The position numbers were made by a program, and so were the translations under genes. A stretch of DNA of 64,000 nt from Patescibacteria group bacterium (lineage in GTDB: Bacteria > Patescibacteriota > Microgenomatia > CAYGWK01). Positions 36,644-45,348 of this stretch are shown in pieces. The stretch is from the NCBI GenBank assembly GCA_049322615.1, contig JBMORX010000002.1, positions 11,171 to 75,170 of the forward strand. Direction: 5' to 3'. A model generated the notes under the pieces. It ran no database searches, had not been told where the DNA came from, and saw only the letters and a program-made list of their open reading frames with translations. Positions within the stretch are counted from its first letter, which is position 1. Each line of letters opens with the position of its first letter.

Positions 36644-36894
36644 AGAAAGGCAGAAGATGAAGCTATTATTATTGAGGCCATAATTAATAGAGGCTTCAAG
36701 CCGCCAGAAGGATTTGAATACTTTTTGGATCTTGCAGAAAAAAGAAAAAGATCAATCAAGGGCTAAACGAAAACAATAATTTTTAATTCTTCTATTTTTA
36801 CCCTCCCGCTCTTTTGTCCTTTTACTCTAATATGATATAATTTGAGTGTAGCGAAAATTTCAAACTTTGCTTATAATTAGAGTAGGAGATTCTT

Positions 36895-38658
36895 ATGGCT
36901 GAAATTAGTCCAGAAGCAAGGATGGTGACCCTTCCAGACTACATTGGGGCAGTATTCGAAACGGGAAGGCTCAAGTCTTATGCATACGACTGGACTGAAA
37001 AAAAACACGTGGTTCCCCTTGTAGACGTTTCGAAGGAAGAAGATAGAAACGTTTGGATGTTGGAAAATATGAGGGTTTTTGCCGATGGGACTGTAGCCAA
37101 TCCATGTCTTGGATGGAAAGGGATTATTGATACTTGGTTAACCGACCTGAGAATAGCAGCGACAAGGTCTTCTTCTCCCATAGAAAGGGAAAAACTTAGA
37201 AAAACGGAGATGGATATCAAAGCCATGATGGCTATTTCCGCTTCTGCAAGAGCGATGGAAATGTCAGGGGGGTCAGCGGCACAATATGCAAGCTTTATAG
37301 CCCCAGGGAGGGAGGGTCCAGATTTAGACAAACAAGACTCCTGGAAGGAATTTTTACTTCATAAGGACCCGGAAAAACTTAATCGTGTATTAGAAAATTC
37401 TTTGGTGCAGCACTACCATGAAAGATTAATTGAAGATGCAGGTATTGCTGGTTTGACAGAATGGCACAAGGTAGATTCTGAATGGTATTCCTCAAGTTGG
37501 GTAGTCGATAAAGAAAGGGCTTTTGCTGGCCAATTGATAGAATATTTGAAGTCGGAAAATAGCCTAGACGAATATATTGATAGATTCTTACTAGCAAAAA
37601 AAGATGAAGATGGATTTAAGAGAGATTGTCAGGCAAAATACGGAAAGAAGGATAAGTGTGGAAAAGAACTTAGAGAGGGAATTGGAGATAGGGCAAGATG
37701 GGCGGCAGCCAAACTGGCTTGTGATGCTTTTTTGGTGGACAAATATACTCGGTGGCAATTTCAGCTAGAAAACATGATAGAAAATGAACAAAAAGAAGTG
37801 GAGAAGATGTCAGATAAAACGCAAAAAGAAGATAAATTAAAGGCGTTAGAAGAGCAAAGGAAGGCATTAAAAGATATGAAACCATTTCCGGGATGGGGTG
37901 GAGATCCGTTGCGGGCTGTTCTAGAACCATCCTTTTTGCCTAGGCGGATTAAAAAGGTGTATCGAGAAGAAGATAAGGCAATCTTAGATATGACAGATCT
38001 CGCCTTTCGGCCCGATGATATTTTTAATAAGGAGGAAAAGCTTAAAGGAAAATTGCTGCCAGCATCCATGATTGTTCATCTGAAGGATTATGCTCGTTAC
38101 AGCGACGCCTTGTGGACATTTCTGGGCAATTCTAGGGGAATAGCGATCCCACAATGGACTAAAGATGTAATGGGGAAAGATTTACCGACGATTGCCGAAT
38201 TGCTCGATCAAGTATATGGAGGAATGGATAAACCGAAATCAAAGACAGGCAAACACCCCATTGGCAAACACATTGTTGGGGCAATGATGGCAAGGATACT
38301 CCACTGTAAAGCCCTGGCGATAGCCATCGAGTCTGCTCGTCCAGGTTTTAAAGAAGACCTGACAATACTTTTTGGCGAAACAAAAACAGCTAGACCATTT
38401 TTGGAAATCGAGCAATTCCTTTGGGGCCCCAATCTTGATGCCAAAATGGGGTTTTTGGTTTCGTTGGCAGCCGGAAGAACGAGGTTTGTCTTTAAAGACA
38501 ATGATTTTGAAGCAGAAAAAACATTAAAAGATACGGCAGAGATTTTATTAACCAATGACCAGGATCCTAAAGGAAGGGGGAGAGCAAAAACCTTAAATCA
38601 AATCGGTTTTGTTTTAGATGTTATACAAGCCATAGCTGCCGAGGGAAAACGAAAGTAA
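36895..38658 (+). CDS. Hypothetical soluble protein (587 aa), no recognisable domain; higher GC than its surroundings
   Basis: A long ORF with AGGAG at 36884-36888 and two -10-like boxes (36836-36841, 36872-36877). Its codon composition is visibly less AT-rich than neighbouring genes. Confidence 0.5.
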   Translation: MAEISPEARMVTLPDYIGAVFETGRLKSYAYDWTEKKHVVPLVDVSKEEDRNVWMLENMRVFADGTVANPCLGWKGIIDTWLTDLRIAATRSSSPIEREKLRKTEMDIKAMMAISASARAMEMSGGSAAQYASFIAPGREGPDLDKQDSWKEFLLHKDPEKLNRVLENSLVQHYHERLIEDAGIAGLTEWHKVDSEWYSSSWVVDKERAFAGQLIEYLKSENSLDEYIDRFLLAKKDEDGFKRDCQAKYGKKDKCGKELREGIGDRARWAAAKLACDAFLVDKYTRWQFQLENMIENEQKEVEKMSDKTQKEDKLKALEEQRKALKDMKPFPGWGGDPLRAVLEPSFLPRRIKKVYREEDKAILDMTDLAFRPDDIFNKEEKLKGKLLPASMIVHLKDYARYSDALWTFLGNSRGIAIPQWTKDVMGKDLPTIAELLDQVYGGMDKPKSKTGKHPIGKHIVGAMMARILHCKALAIAIESARPGFKEDLTILFGETKTARPFLEIEQFLWGPNLDAKMGFLVSLAAGRTRFVFKDNDFEAEKTLKDTAEILLTNDQDPKGRGRAKTLNQIGFVLDVIQAIAAEGKRK

Positions 38659-38668
38659 AATTTAGCGA

Positions 38669-40213
38669 CTATTTTTGTGTAGCTGTCTCGGGAATAGGAA
38701 GCTCTCCTGTAGGTGGTCCCGCTACAGCACCGGTGCGCGTGCCGAATCTGGTTGTCCAGGCTTTTCCAATTTCTGTAGCGATTGAAATTCCACGCAATGC
38801 GTATTTTGGGGGTTCTCCCAAGGTTTCTCCAATCGCTGTTCCGTAGGCAAACGGTTTGCCGGCTAAAAATGCCTGAATCATATCAGAAACTTTAGGGGCC
38901 ATTAAGAGAATTACCATACCCATTAGTGGTAAAAGCATTATGCTAAAAAATTGCCAAAAAGAAGGGATGGGTCTGAATGCCTGAATCATTCCTACAAAAG
39001 AAACAATGGTGAAACCAAGCGAGGCCAGAAGAGGCCCTACACCTGGGATAAAGTTAAAGAGAAATATCATCAGCGTGAGAGGATTTGTAAAAAGCCCCAC
39101 AATTCCCACAAAAATAAGATAAGAAGAAAGGAAAAACATGACAGTCATGGTTGGTAGAACGGCTATGTTAGCCAGGGTATTTCTAAACCAATTTCCGGTC
39201 GCGTTACTCCCAGGCAAGACCCCCATCAAAATCAAAAACGGAGCAAAAATTAAGTTTACAATAATCATCGCATAAGCTTTAAGTAAAGTCCAGAGACAAC
39301 GAAGTAAGGCGATGAAAATAAGGATTACCACAATGATTCCAAATAGCCAGCCAACTGGTCCCATCAAAGAAACGGTAATAAGGGCCAAAGCGGGTATAAG
39401 ACTAAAGAAGACGAAATTTGTGTAGACGGTCTTAATCAATAACGGAGCGGAAACCCCAAATACAACGATATTTAGTTTATCTAGAGACTCAAATAACTTT
39501 CTAAATAAATCTCCTAAAGAGCCAAAATGGTTGATGTAAATATCCCTAAAGACTCCATTGATAAGATAAATTACCACATACATTAAATCAATCATAAAGC
39601 CCACAATAGCATAGGAGAAGGTGACGAGAATTAAGCCAATAACAATTCGGGGAAGAGCGGATTGGATAGTGATGACTGCTTGGGGGGAAATTTTTACCCT
39701 AAACATAATGGCGAAACCCATAAAGACAAAAATTAGGACGAACAAAACATAAGCGAGGTTGCGGAAGGCGGTCCAAACTGGAAGGATTTTTTCCATCGTC
39801 TGAAACCCGGCAGTTTGCCCTTGGGCGTAAGCAGGCTGGACAATTCCAAGCCGATTGCCTAAATAAGCCAAATATTGAACTCCTGAAGCAGGGGGAGAGG
39901 CGTAAATACCGGCAATAACCCCCCCCATCGATAGGATAAATCCAGGATTTTTTTGTCTTTCTTCGGCGGTACAACTAAAGCAACCAACAATAGAAGTGGC
40001 AATTGAGAAAGGTACTGCTTTTAGGGTTTCATTAACAAAACTTTGAAGATTCATTTCTGGGCTGGTGATTGCTTGTTCAAACTGGAATTGATAACTGGTA
40101 CCAGGAGTGGAGAAGGCGAGGGCGGATTTGGGCAATATCGCAATATAGCAATAGAGCAATATCGCAAAGAGAAAAGCAAGGCCGGCTTTACTTAAAAATT
40201 TAGGCAGGAACAT
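38669..40213 (-). CDS. Polytopic membrane protein, VirB6/TrbL-like candidate of the T4SS locus
   Basis: 514 aa with about 12 TM helices and a Gly/Ala-rich C-terminal tail. It lies adjacent to the pilin array. The assignment rests on context and architecture only. Confidence 0.35.
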   Translation of the reverse strand: MFLPKFLSKAGLAFLFAILLYCYIAILPKSALAFSTPGTSYQFQFEQAITSPEMNLQSFVNETLKAVPFSIATSIVGCFSCTAEERQKNPGFILSMGGVIAGIYASPPASGVQYLAYLGNRLGIVQPAYAQGQTAGFQTMEKILPVWTAFRNLAYVLFVLIFVFMGFAIMFRVKISPQAVITIQSALPRIVIGLILVTFSYAIVGFMIDLMYVVIYLINGVFRDIYINHFGSLGDLFRKLFESLDKLNIVVFGVSAPLLIKTVYTNFVFFSLIPALALITVSLMGPVGWLFGIIVVILIFIALLRCLWTLLKAYAMIIVNLIFAPFLILMGVLPGSNATGNWFRNTLANIAVLPTMTVMFFLSSYLIFVGIVGLFTNPLTLMIFLFNFIPGVGPLLASLGFTIVSFVGMIQAFRPIPSFWQFFSIMLLPLMGMVILLMAPKVSDMIQAFLAGKPFAYGTAIGETLGEPPKYALRGISIATEIGKAWTTRFGTRTGAVAGPPTGELPIPETATQK

Positions 40214-40287
40214 AATGAAAATTTCTAATTTCTAATTGACCTAATTTTATTTAATTAAACTCTAGCAAAAAGAAAAAGCCCTGTCAA

Positions 40288-42990
40288 TTATTTTTGGTAA
40301 GGCGTTAAAGTTCGAATCAGCCATTGTTTAGCAAGTTGTATCCCCCCAAGATAAGGGAAATAAAATTTTCCAACACCTGGAGTAACGCTTCCTCCAATTG
40401 GAGGGCTGGTATCCTTGTAAGAATAACTTACTTGACTGGCAGCATCGATATCGACAAATTTTGGCACACCATAAGGTCGAAAAATATTAAAAACTCCACT
40501 TAGGGGATTGCCGGTTTGATTCCAAATTGTTCCAAGATAGGGATGGGAAAGGGCAACCCCAATTTGGCGGTTAACGCCTTTTTCCTTTTCCTCATCGCAC
40601 TTATCATGACAAATATATCCTGTTGGGTCGCATTCAATTTCTTTTCCGCAAGGAAGATAGTCTTCGTTGATAAATTGATCAGTGGCTGAAAGAGAAATTT
40701 TGATTGGAGACTGGCAACAAAGATCATCCGCAGGATTGGAATCGGTGATTGCCGTCTTTTGACAGAGGTTAACCGGTCGAGGTTCGGGCAAACCGCAGGT
40801 TGGACCAGGAGGTTTAGGTGGTCCGCCAACAAATTCGCAGCCATCGGCAGTGAGCCTGATAGAATAGGTGGCGGAAAACCGAAAATTTGGGACAACCACA
40901 TCAGAGCGAAAATTAAATGAAGGACCGGAAAGGATATCGCCAGGCTTACCGGCAACGCTCCAAGAAGGAGCAACAAGATTGGTGCAGGCATCTGAATTCG
41001 GGCAAGTATGCCAATATTCTGAACCAATGTGAATGGAAATATCGGATAATCCTGGAGCATTTGTCAGACTGACAATGGCGTTTACGGTATAGGTATTTCC
41101 GCTTTTTGAGCATGAGCCACTGGCTTCAAAGCCTGGATTTGGAGGAGGAAGGTTGGCTTCGGCTAAAGAGGTTTTTTCTCCCAAAACTTGCTTGGATTTT
41201 GCCGGGAAAAGGGTTTTTTGAATGGTGCCCCCGGTTTCATAAAGCCTAGCCACATGGGGAACTTTTTCGATTTGAGCTTTAGGATTTAAGATTTTAAACT
41301 CATCATCGCGTTTTCTGCCGAGATAAGGATTTATATTTCCTGGGGTATCTTCTCGAGAAGCCATTGACATAACCTGCCAGAGATTAAACCATTTGCCACC
41401 ATCGGATTTTTTCCAAGCATCCCATTTTTGAGCATAATCTTTATCGCTTGGGTCAGGAGGAAAATGGCTTATGAGCAGAGAAAGTGTTGCTTCAGCGTCT
41501 CCGGTTGCCCAGGTGCTGACTTTAATCGGCGAAGCGAGATTAAAAAGACTAAAGGCAGTTTTTGCGGCCCAGAATTTTGTGGTATCATTGGTGAAAACGC
41601 AAAAATGGGTGAATTTTGCGGCGCCCTCAACAACCGGCAGACCAATTTTAGTTAAGACAGCCAGAAAGGCGTCGGTTATAAATGGAAAATCCCAGCACAG
41701 TCTTCCTTGGTAATTTAGTTTATAATCATGAATTCCTCCCTCGCCGATTTTGCCTTTGGTGGTGGCGACGGCGCGGTTTACCAGCTGTTTTTTGAGTTGA
41801 TTTTGGTACTCCATTGGCGAAAGTTTCCGCCAGACTCCGGCATGATTAACCCAATCTAGCCAGTATTTTTCGTAATTCTTGTAATATTCATTTGTCCCCT
41901 CAAAATAATCAGCTAGATATTTTTGTTCGTCCTCTTGTTGTTTCTTGCCAACAAAGGGAATTTTTACTTCCGAAGGGTCAATCGTAATCTCTCCTCCCCA
42001 AGTTCTTTCAAGCCAAGGATTGCCCTCGCAGGAAGTGCCAGCCTCTGAACGGCGATATTTTACCGAGTCGGAAACAGTAAAACCTTCGGCACAGGCAGGA
42101 GTCATTTTATTTGTTTGGTTACAGGCATCGCAGCGAACTGGTCTGGAGGTGCGATCGCCAGAATTTGAATAGTCACAAGTTTGTGGCGGTGAAACTGTTG
42201 GTTTTTGAATACTCATTGCTTTAAGAAGAAGTTCACGGGTTTCGGCTGGGAGATCTTTCCACCAGTCATTGAGCCAGCGTGGATCCAAAAAGGTGCCAGT
42301 ATCCCGGATAGCCACTAGGATTTCATTCCCAATTGCTTCACCAATTTTCATTCCCGCCATAAGCGCTGGTAACTCATCTCTACCTGCTTGATTCAACTGG
42401 TTGTAGTAAGCAACAAGAGCAGGATCAACCCGAATATTTTCAAGATAAAGAGTATAGCCAGCAACAGCAATATTGTCGTCAGGAGTGTATTTTAAAGTAA
42501 TGCTATTTTGGTCGGCGTAGATGACGAGAACTTCGTATCCACCGCCAATGTCGTAACCTGAATTCGGCACCAAAATTGCCTGATTAGCGTTAGTGGAAAA
42601 ACCAACTAAAGTGGCAAAATCAGCAGGAGCATCGTCAGGTTTTTTAATACCACCGATTTGATAAAGGCTCGTGACAGAAGGAGCAAGATTCCCCTCAATA
42701 AGAGTATTAAATTGAGGTGCCCTCGGATCAGTTTCATGTTGGAAGTTAATGAAATTCAAATTTCCAGAAATTGACTTATAACCAAGGATATCCAAATTCC
42801 AGTCGGGATTGAGTTCAGAACAACTACTATAATCTGATGAGGGGGTACAGGCAGCGTAGGCGGGGAAAGTAAAAAGTAAAAAGTAAAAAGTAAAAAGTAA
42901 AATTGAAATTACTATATTCGGATTAATTCGGATTATTTTCATTCGGACAGATTCGGATTCAGGGACCAATTTTAAATTGGGTAACGTCAA
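40288..42990 (-). CDS. Large Cys-rich secreted/surface protein (900 aa) with a repeat-encoded signal peptide
   Basis: It has an N-terminal hydrophobic 'ILLFTFYFLLFTFPAYA' and many Cys pairs (CDAC, C..C). It sits between the VirB6-like gene and the pilins. No known domain. Confidence 0.45.
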   Translation of the reverse strand: MTLPNLKLVPESESVRMKIIRINPNIVISILLFTFYFLLFTFPAYAACTPSSDYSSCSELNPDWNLDILGYKSISGNLNFINFQHETDPRAPQFNTLIEGNLAPSVTSLYQIGGIKKPDDAPADFATLVGFSTNANQAILVPNSGYDIGGGYEVLVIYADQNSITLKYTPDDNIAVAGYTLYLENIRVDPALVAYYNQLNQAGRDELPALMAGMKIGEAIGNEILVAIRDTGTFLDPRWLNDWWKDLPAETRELLLKAMSIQKPTVSPPQTCDYSNSGDRTSRPVRCDACNQTNKMTPACAEGFTVSDSVKYRRSEAGTSCEGNPWLERTWGGEITIDPSEVKIPFVGKKQQEDEQKYLADYFEGTNEYYKNYEKYWLDWVNHAGVWRKLSPMEYQNQLKKQLVNRAVATTKGKIGEGGIHDYKLNYQGRLCWDFPFITDAFLAVLTKIGLPVVEGAAKFTHFCVFTNDTTKFWAAKTAFSLFNLASPIKVSTWATGDAEATLSLLISHFPPDPSDKDYAQKWDAWKKSDGGKWFNLWQVMSMASREDTPGNINPYLGRKRDDEFKILNPKAQIEKVPHVARLYETGGTIQKTLFPAKSKQVLGEKTSLAEANLPPPNPGFEASGSCSKSGNTYTVNAIVSLTNAPGLSDISIHIGSEYWHTCPNSDACTNLVAPSWSVAGKPGDILSGPSFNFRSDVVVPNFRFSATYSIRLTADGCEFVGGPPKPPGPTCGLPEPRPVNLCQKTAITDSNPADDLCCQSPIKISLSATDQFINEDYLPCGKEIECDPTGYICHDKCDEEKEKGVNRQIGVALSHPYLGTIWNQTGNPLSGVFNIFRPYGVPKFVDIDAASQVSYSYKDTSPPIGGSVTPGVGKFYFPYLGGIQLAKQWLIRTLTPYQK

Positions 42991-43258
42991 CGCCGGTAAA
43001 AACTTTGATAAATTTTAAGATTAGCCAGATTCCAATTAAGAAAACTAAGCCTAAAATGGCGTAAGTAATAGTTTTTTGGGCAGATTCAGTTGCTTTTGGG
43101 TCTCCGCCTGAAGTTAAATATTTAAACCCGCCTAAAACAAGCATAATAAAGACGGCTAAAACAGCAAAATAGGTAACGATATTTAAAATCCGAGTAAAGA
43201 TCCACTCAAGATCTTTGAGTTGGGCAGGTTGCTTGCCAGTTGGATCAATCCAAGCCAT
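42959..43258 (-). CDS. T4SS pilin-like protein (TrbC/VirB2-like, CPR T4SS_pilin family)
   Basis: TM1, then 'LGGFKYLTSGGDPKATESAQKTITYAILGL', then TM2. This conserved L.GG..Y.TSGGD..K ... A.hGL core recurs in seven paralogs. Confidence 0.55.
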   Translation of the reverse strand: MAWIDPTGKQPAQLKDLEWIFTRILNIVTYFAVLAVFIMLVLGGFKYLTSGGDPKATESAQKTITYAILGLVFLIGIWLILKFIKVFTGVDVTQFKIGP

Positions 43259-43311
43259 TACGAACTTAGTCTACTATGGGAAGAAGCGGGAAGTCAAGCC
43301 CAATTTATCCC

Positions 43312-43328
43312 GAGCAAAGCCACGTCTG
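43312..43328. promoter_or_regulatory. Perfect 17-bp palindrome GCCACGTC-T-GACGTGGC upstream of a pilin gene; candidate operator
   Basis: Seen directly in the sequence. It is GC-rich and dyad-symmetric, with a 1-nt centre typical of dimeric regulator sites. Confidence 0.35.
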
Positions 43329-43336
43329 ACGTGGCA

Positions 43337-43398
43337 AAGCGAGGGACACAAAAAGCACTCCGGTTTACACCCAAGCCTTGCGAGGTGCCTCCGGCGTG
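43337..43398. terminator. Rho-independent terminator downstream of the pilin gene 43403..43783 (bidirectional)
   Basis: 'AAAAAGCACTCCGG...CCGGCGTGCTTTTT' is a ~14-bp stem with one mismatch, flanked by A and T runs on either side. Confidence 0.4.
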
Positions 43399-43402
43399 CT
43401 TT

Positions 43403-43783
43403 TTAAATTGACGGAATCGTCAATTGAAGAATATCAACTCCAAAAAGAGTTTTAATTAACAAAATAATTGCCCAAGCGACAAAGATGATTACTAATCCCA
43501 CTAAGGCGGCGGTAATCTGATTGCGAGCAGCCTCCGTTCCAGCTTTATCGCCACCAGAAACAATCCAACGAATCCCACCGATGACGAGCATAAAGAAGAA
43601 TGCCAAGGCGGCGATAACTAAGATGAACCTGATAGCGGCGGCGACGACTCTTTCAACCGTGATTCCACAGAGAGGTTTCCATTTCTCTTCCTTCGGACAA
43701 AGTTCAATTTGGGCAAAGACCGGAGTGGCGGAAATAGCCATTCCTATGGTGGTTAACCAAAGCGAATTTAATATCTTTTTCAT
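43403..43783 (-). CDS. T4SS pilin-like protein with a cleavable signal peptide and a Cys pair
   Basis: 'MKKILNSLWLTTIGMAISATPVFA' is a signal peptide, followed by 'CPKEEKWKPLC' and 'VIGGIRWIVSGGDKAGTEAARNQITAALVGL'. Confidence 0.55.
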   Translation of the reverse strand: MKKILNSLWLTTIGMAISATPVFAQIELCPKEEKWKPLCGITVERVVAAAIRFILVIAALAFFFMLVIGGIRWIVSGGDKAGTEAARNQITAALVGLVIIFVAWAIILLIKTLFGVDILQLTIPSI

Positions 43784-43843
43784 TCTTTCACCCCCTTTCT
43801 TTACCCGCCGCTCAAGCGCTCTTTAAAGTAAGCTTAGGCGGGC

Positions 43844-44197
43844 TTATTTTAAGATTAACGGTTCTAAATTAATTTGTAAAAGATTTATGCCAAAAAAATC
43901 ACCCAATACTTTCATTATAGCAAAAAGAGTAAAAACAAGCACTAGTCCAATGGCGGCGGTCGTCAGCTGACCTCTTACTTGCTCCATTTGCGCCTTGTCT
44001 CCACCTGAAGTAATATAGCGGATTCCGCCAATGACCAAGTAGAAAAAGGCAGCCAAAGAAGTGATAATTAAAAGAAGGGTAACAATATTGGGTAATATCT
44101 TTCCCAGGAATTCAATTCCAGTCCAGCCCCTAATTTTTTCCGAAAGGGCAGGATTGTAGATTGGGGTTGGCTCTGCGTTTGTCATTTTGTTTGCCAA
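43844..44197 (-). CDS. T4SS pilin-like protein
   Basis: 'LVIGGIRYITSGGDKAQMEQVRGQLTTAAIGL'. Confidence 0.55.
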   Translation of the reverse strand: MANKMTNAEPTPIYNPALSEKIRGWTGIEFLGKILPNIVTLLLIITSLAAFFYLVIGGIRYITSGGDKAQMEQVRGQLTTAAIGLVLVFTLFAIMKVLGDFFGINLLQINLEPLILK

Positions 44198-44568
44198 ATA
44201 TTAAGAATAAAAGTACCAGGCTGAAGGATTTTCAAACCCATAAGGGTGCCGAGAAGGTCTATCAAAAAGATGGCGGCAACGACAATTGCTAATCCAATGA
44301 TAGCGTTCATGATTCTTTTTTGGGCGTTTTCCACGGCGGCTTTATCTGCTCCAGCCGTTAGCCAACCAAAAGCCCCAATAATAAATTGAAAAATAAACCA
44401 AAGTCCGGCGGCAACAGTCAGGACGCCGACAATATTGGAGATGACTTTATTGAAAAGGTCGGCTGCTTTGTCAACGAATTGAGTAGCAAATTCGGCTGTC
44501 TTTCCGAGGGGACCAAGACCCTCCAGGGTTCCCAATTCTTCTCCTTTTTGAGCAAGTAAAGTAAACAT
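44182..44568 (-). CDS. T4SS pilin-like protein (divergent paralog)
   Basis: 'IIGAFGWLTAGADKAAVENAQKRIMNAIIGL'. Confidence 0.5.
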   Translation of the reverse strand: MFTLLAQKGEELGTLEGLGPLGKTAEFATQFVDKAADLFNKVISNIVGVLTVAAGLWFIFQFIIGAFGWLTAGADKAAVENAQKRIMNAIIGLAIVVAAIFLIDLLGTLMGLKILQPGTFILNIWQTK

Positions 44569-44573
44569 TTATT

Positions 44574-44960
44574 TTAGAGTGGGCCCGGTGGACGCTTCCA
44601 GGGCTCTTCTAATCCCGGACCCCAAATCTTCGGTTTAAGAATTGCGGTGGCGTCTCCAAATAAAAGCCAGCCAAAAATTGCCGCCAAGACAAATGAGCCG
44701 GCGATAATTAAAAGCCCAACTAAAGATTGCCAAATTTTTGCCCAGGCTTTTTCCACTGATTTTGGCTCACCCCCGGCGGACATAAATTGATAACCAGCTA
44801 AAATTAAATTTAAAAACGCGTAAAGTCCAGCCCCAACGATTAAAAGTTTGATAATGGCATTCAAGAAAGGAATTAAGCCAGGAACGCCTTGTCCACCCAT
44901 TCCAATCCATTTTGAAATCCCAGGCGGTGGCTTGACTGGTCCGATGATATCGTCAGGCAT
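44574..44960 (-). CDS. T4SS pilin-like protein (divergent paralog)
   Basis: 'ILAGYQFMSAGGEPKSVEKAWAKIWQSLVGL'. Confidence 0.5.
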   Translation of the reverse strand: MPDDIIGPVKPPPGISKWIGMGGQGVPGLIPFLNAIIKLLIVGAGLYAFLNLILAGYQFMSAGGEPKSVEKAWAKIWQSLVGLLIIAGSFVLAAIFGWLLFGDATAILKPKIWGPGLEEPWKRPPGPL

Positions 44961-44962
44961 AT

Positions 44963-45274
44963 TTAAAGAGTTGATTTTAAAATATCAAGTCCGGTGACCA
45001 CCTCAATTAGTCGAATTAGCAAATATGATAAAAATATTAGTAAAAATCCAATTACGGCTGCGGTCACCGCTTGTTTTCCTTGTTCGGTTTTTTTCGGATC
45101 ATCTCCTCCTGCACCCATAATAATGCCAAATCCCCCAAATATCAAGAGCGCAAAAAGCAAAAGACCAGCCAGAATATAGACATTGGGAAGAAGAGTAGAG
45201 ATTAATTTTCCCAGATTGGGAAAAGTCTTCGCAGGAGCAAATTCCGTTCCGATATCAACCGCAAACGCTTTCAT
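44963..45274 (-). CDS. T4SS pilin-like protein
   Basis: 'LIFGGFGIIMGAGGDDPKKTEQGKQAVTAAVIGF'. Confidence 0.5.
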   Translation of the reverse strand: MKAFAVDIGTEFAPAKTFPNLGKLISTLLPNVYILAGLLLFALLIFGGFGIIMGAGGDDPKKTEQGKQAVTAAVIGFLLIFLSYLLIRLIEVVTGLDILKSTL

Positions 45275-45324
45275 ATTTCCAGTCTAACAATTTTTGGCTT
45301 CCAGTGTCAAATTTTGCCTTTAAG

Positions 45325-45336
45325 TGATATAATATC
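45325..45336 (+). promoter_or_regulatory. Extended -10 promoter (TGaTATAAT) for the isoprenoid gene block
   Basis: 'agtgatataatat' lies ~15 nt upstream of the 45349 start. Confidence 0.35.
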
Positions 45337-45348
45337 CCCTAGCCGTAG

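Noticed and set aside
40500-41060. 186-aa minus-strand ORF nested in the 900-aa gene
   Set aside because: It is an alternate frame inside the longer ORF with no independent support.
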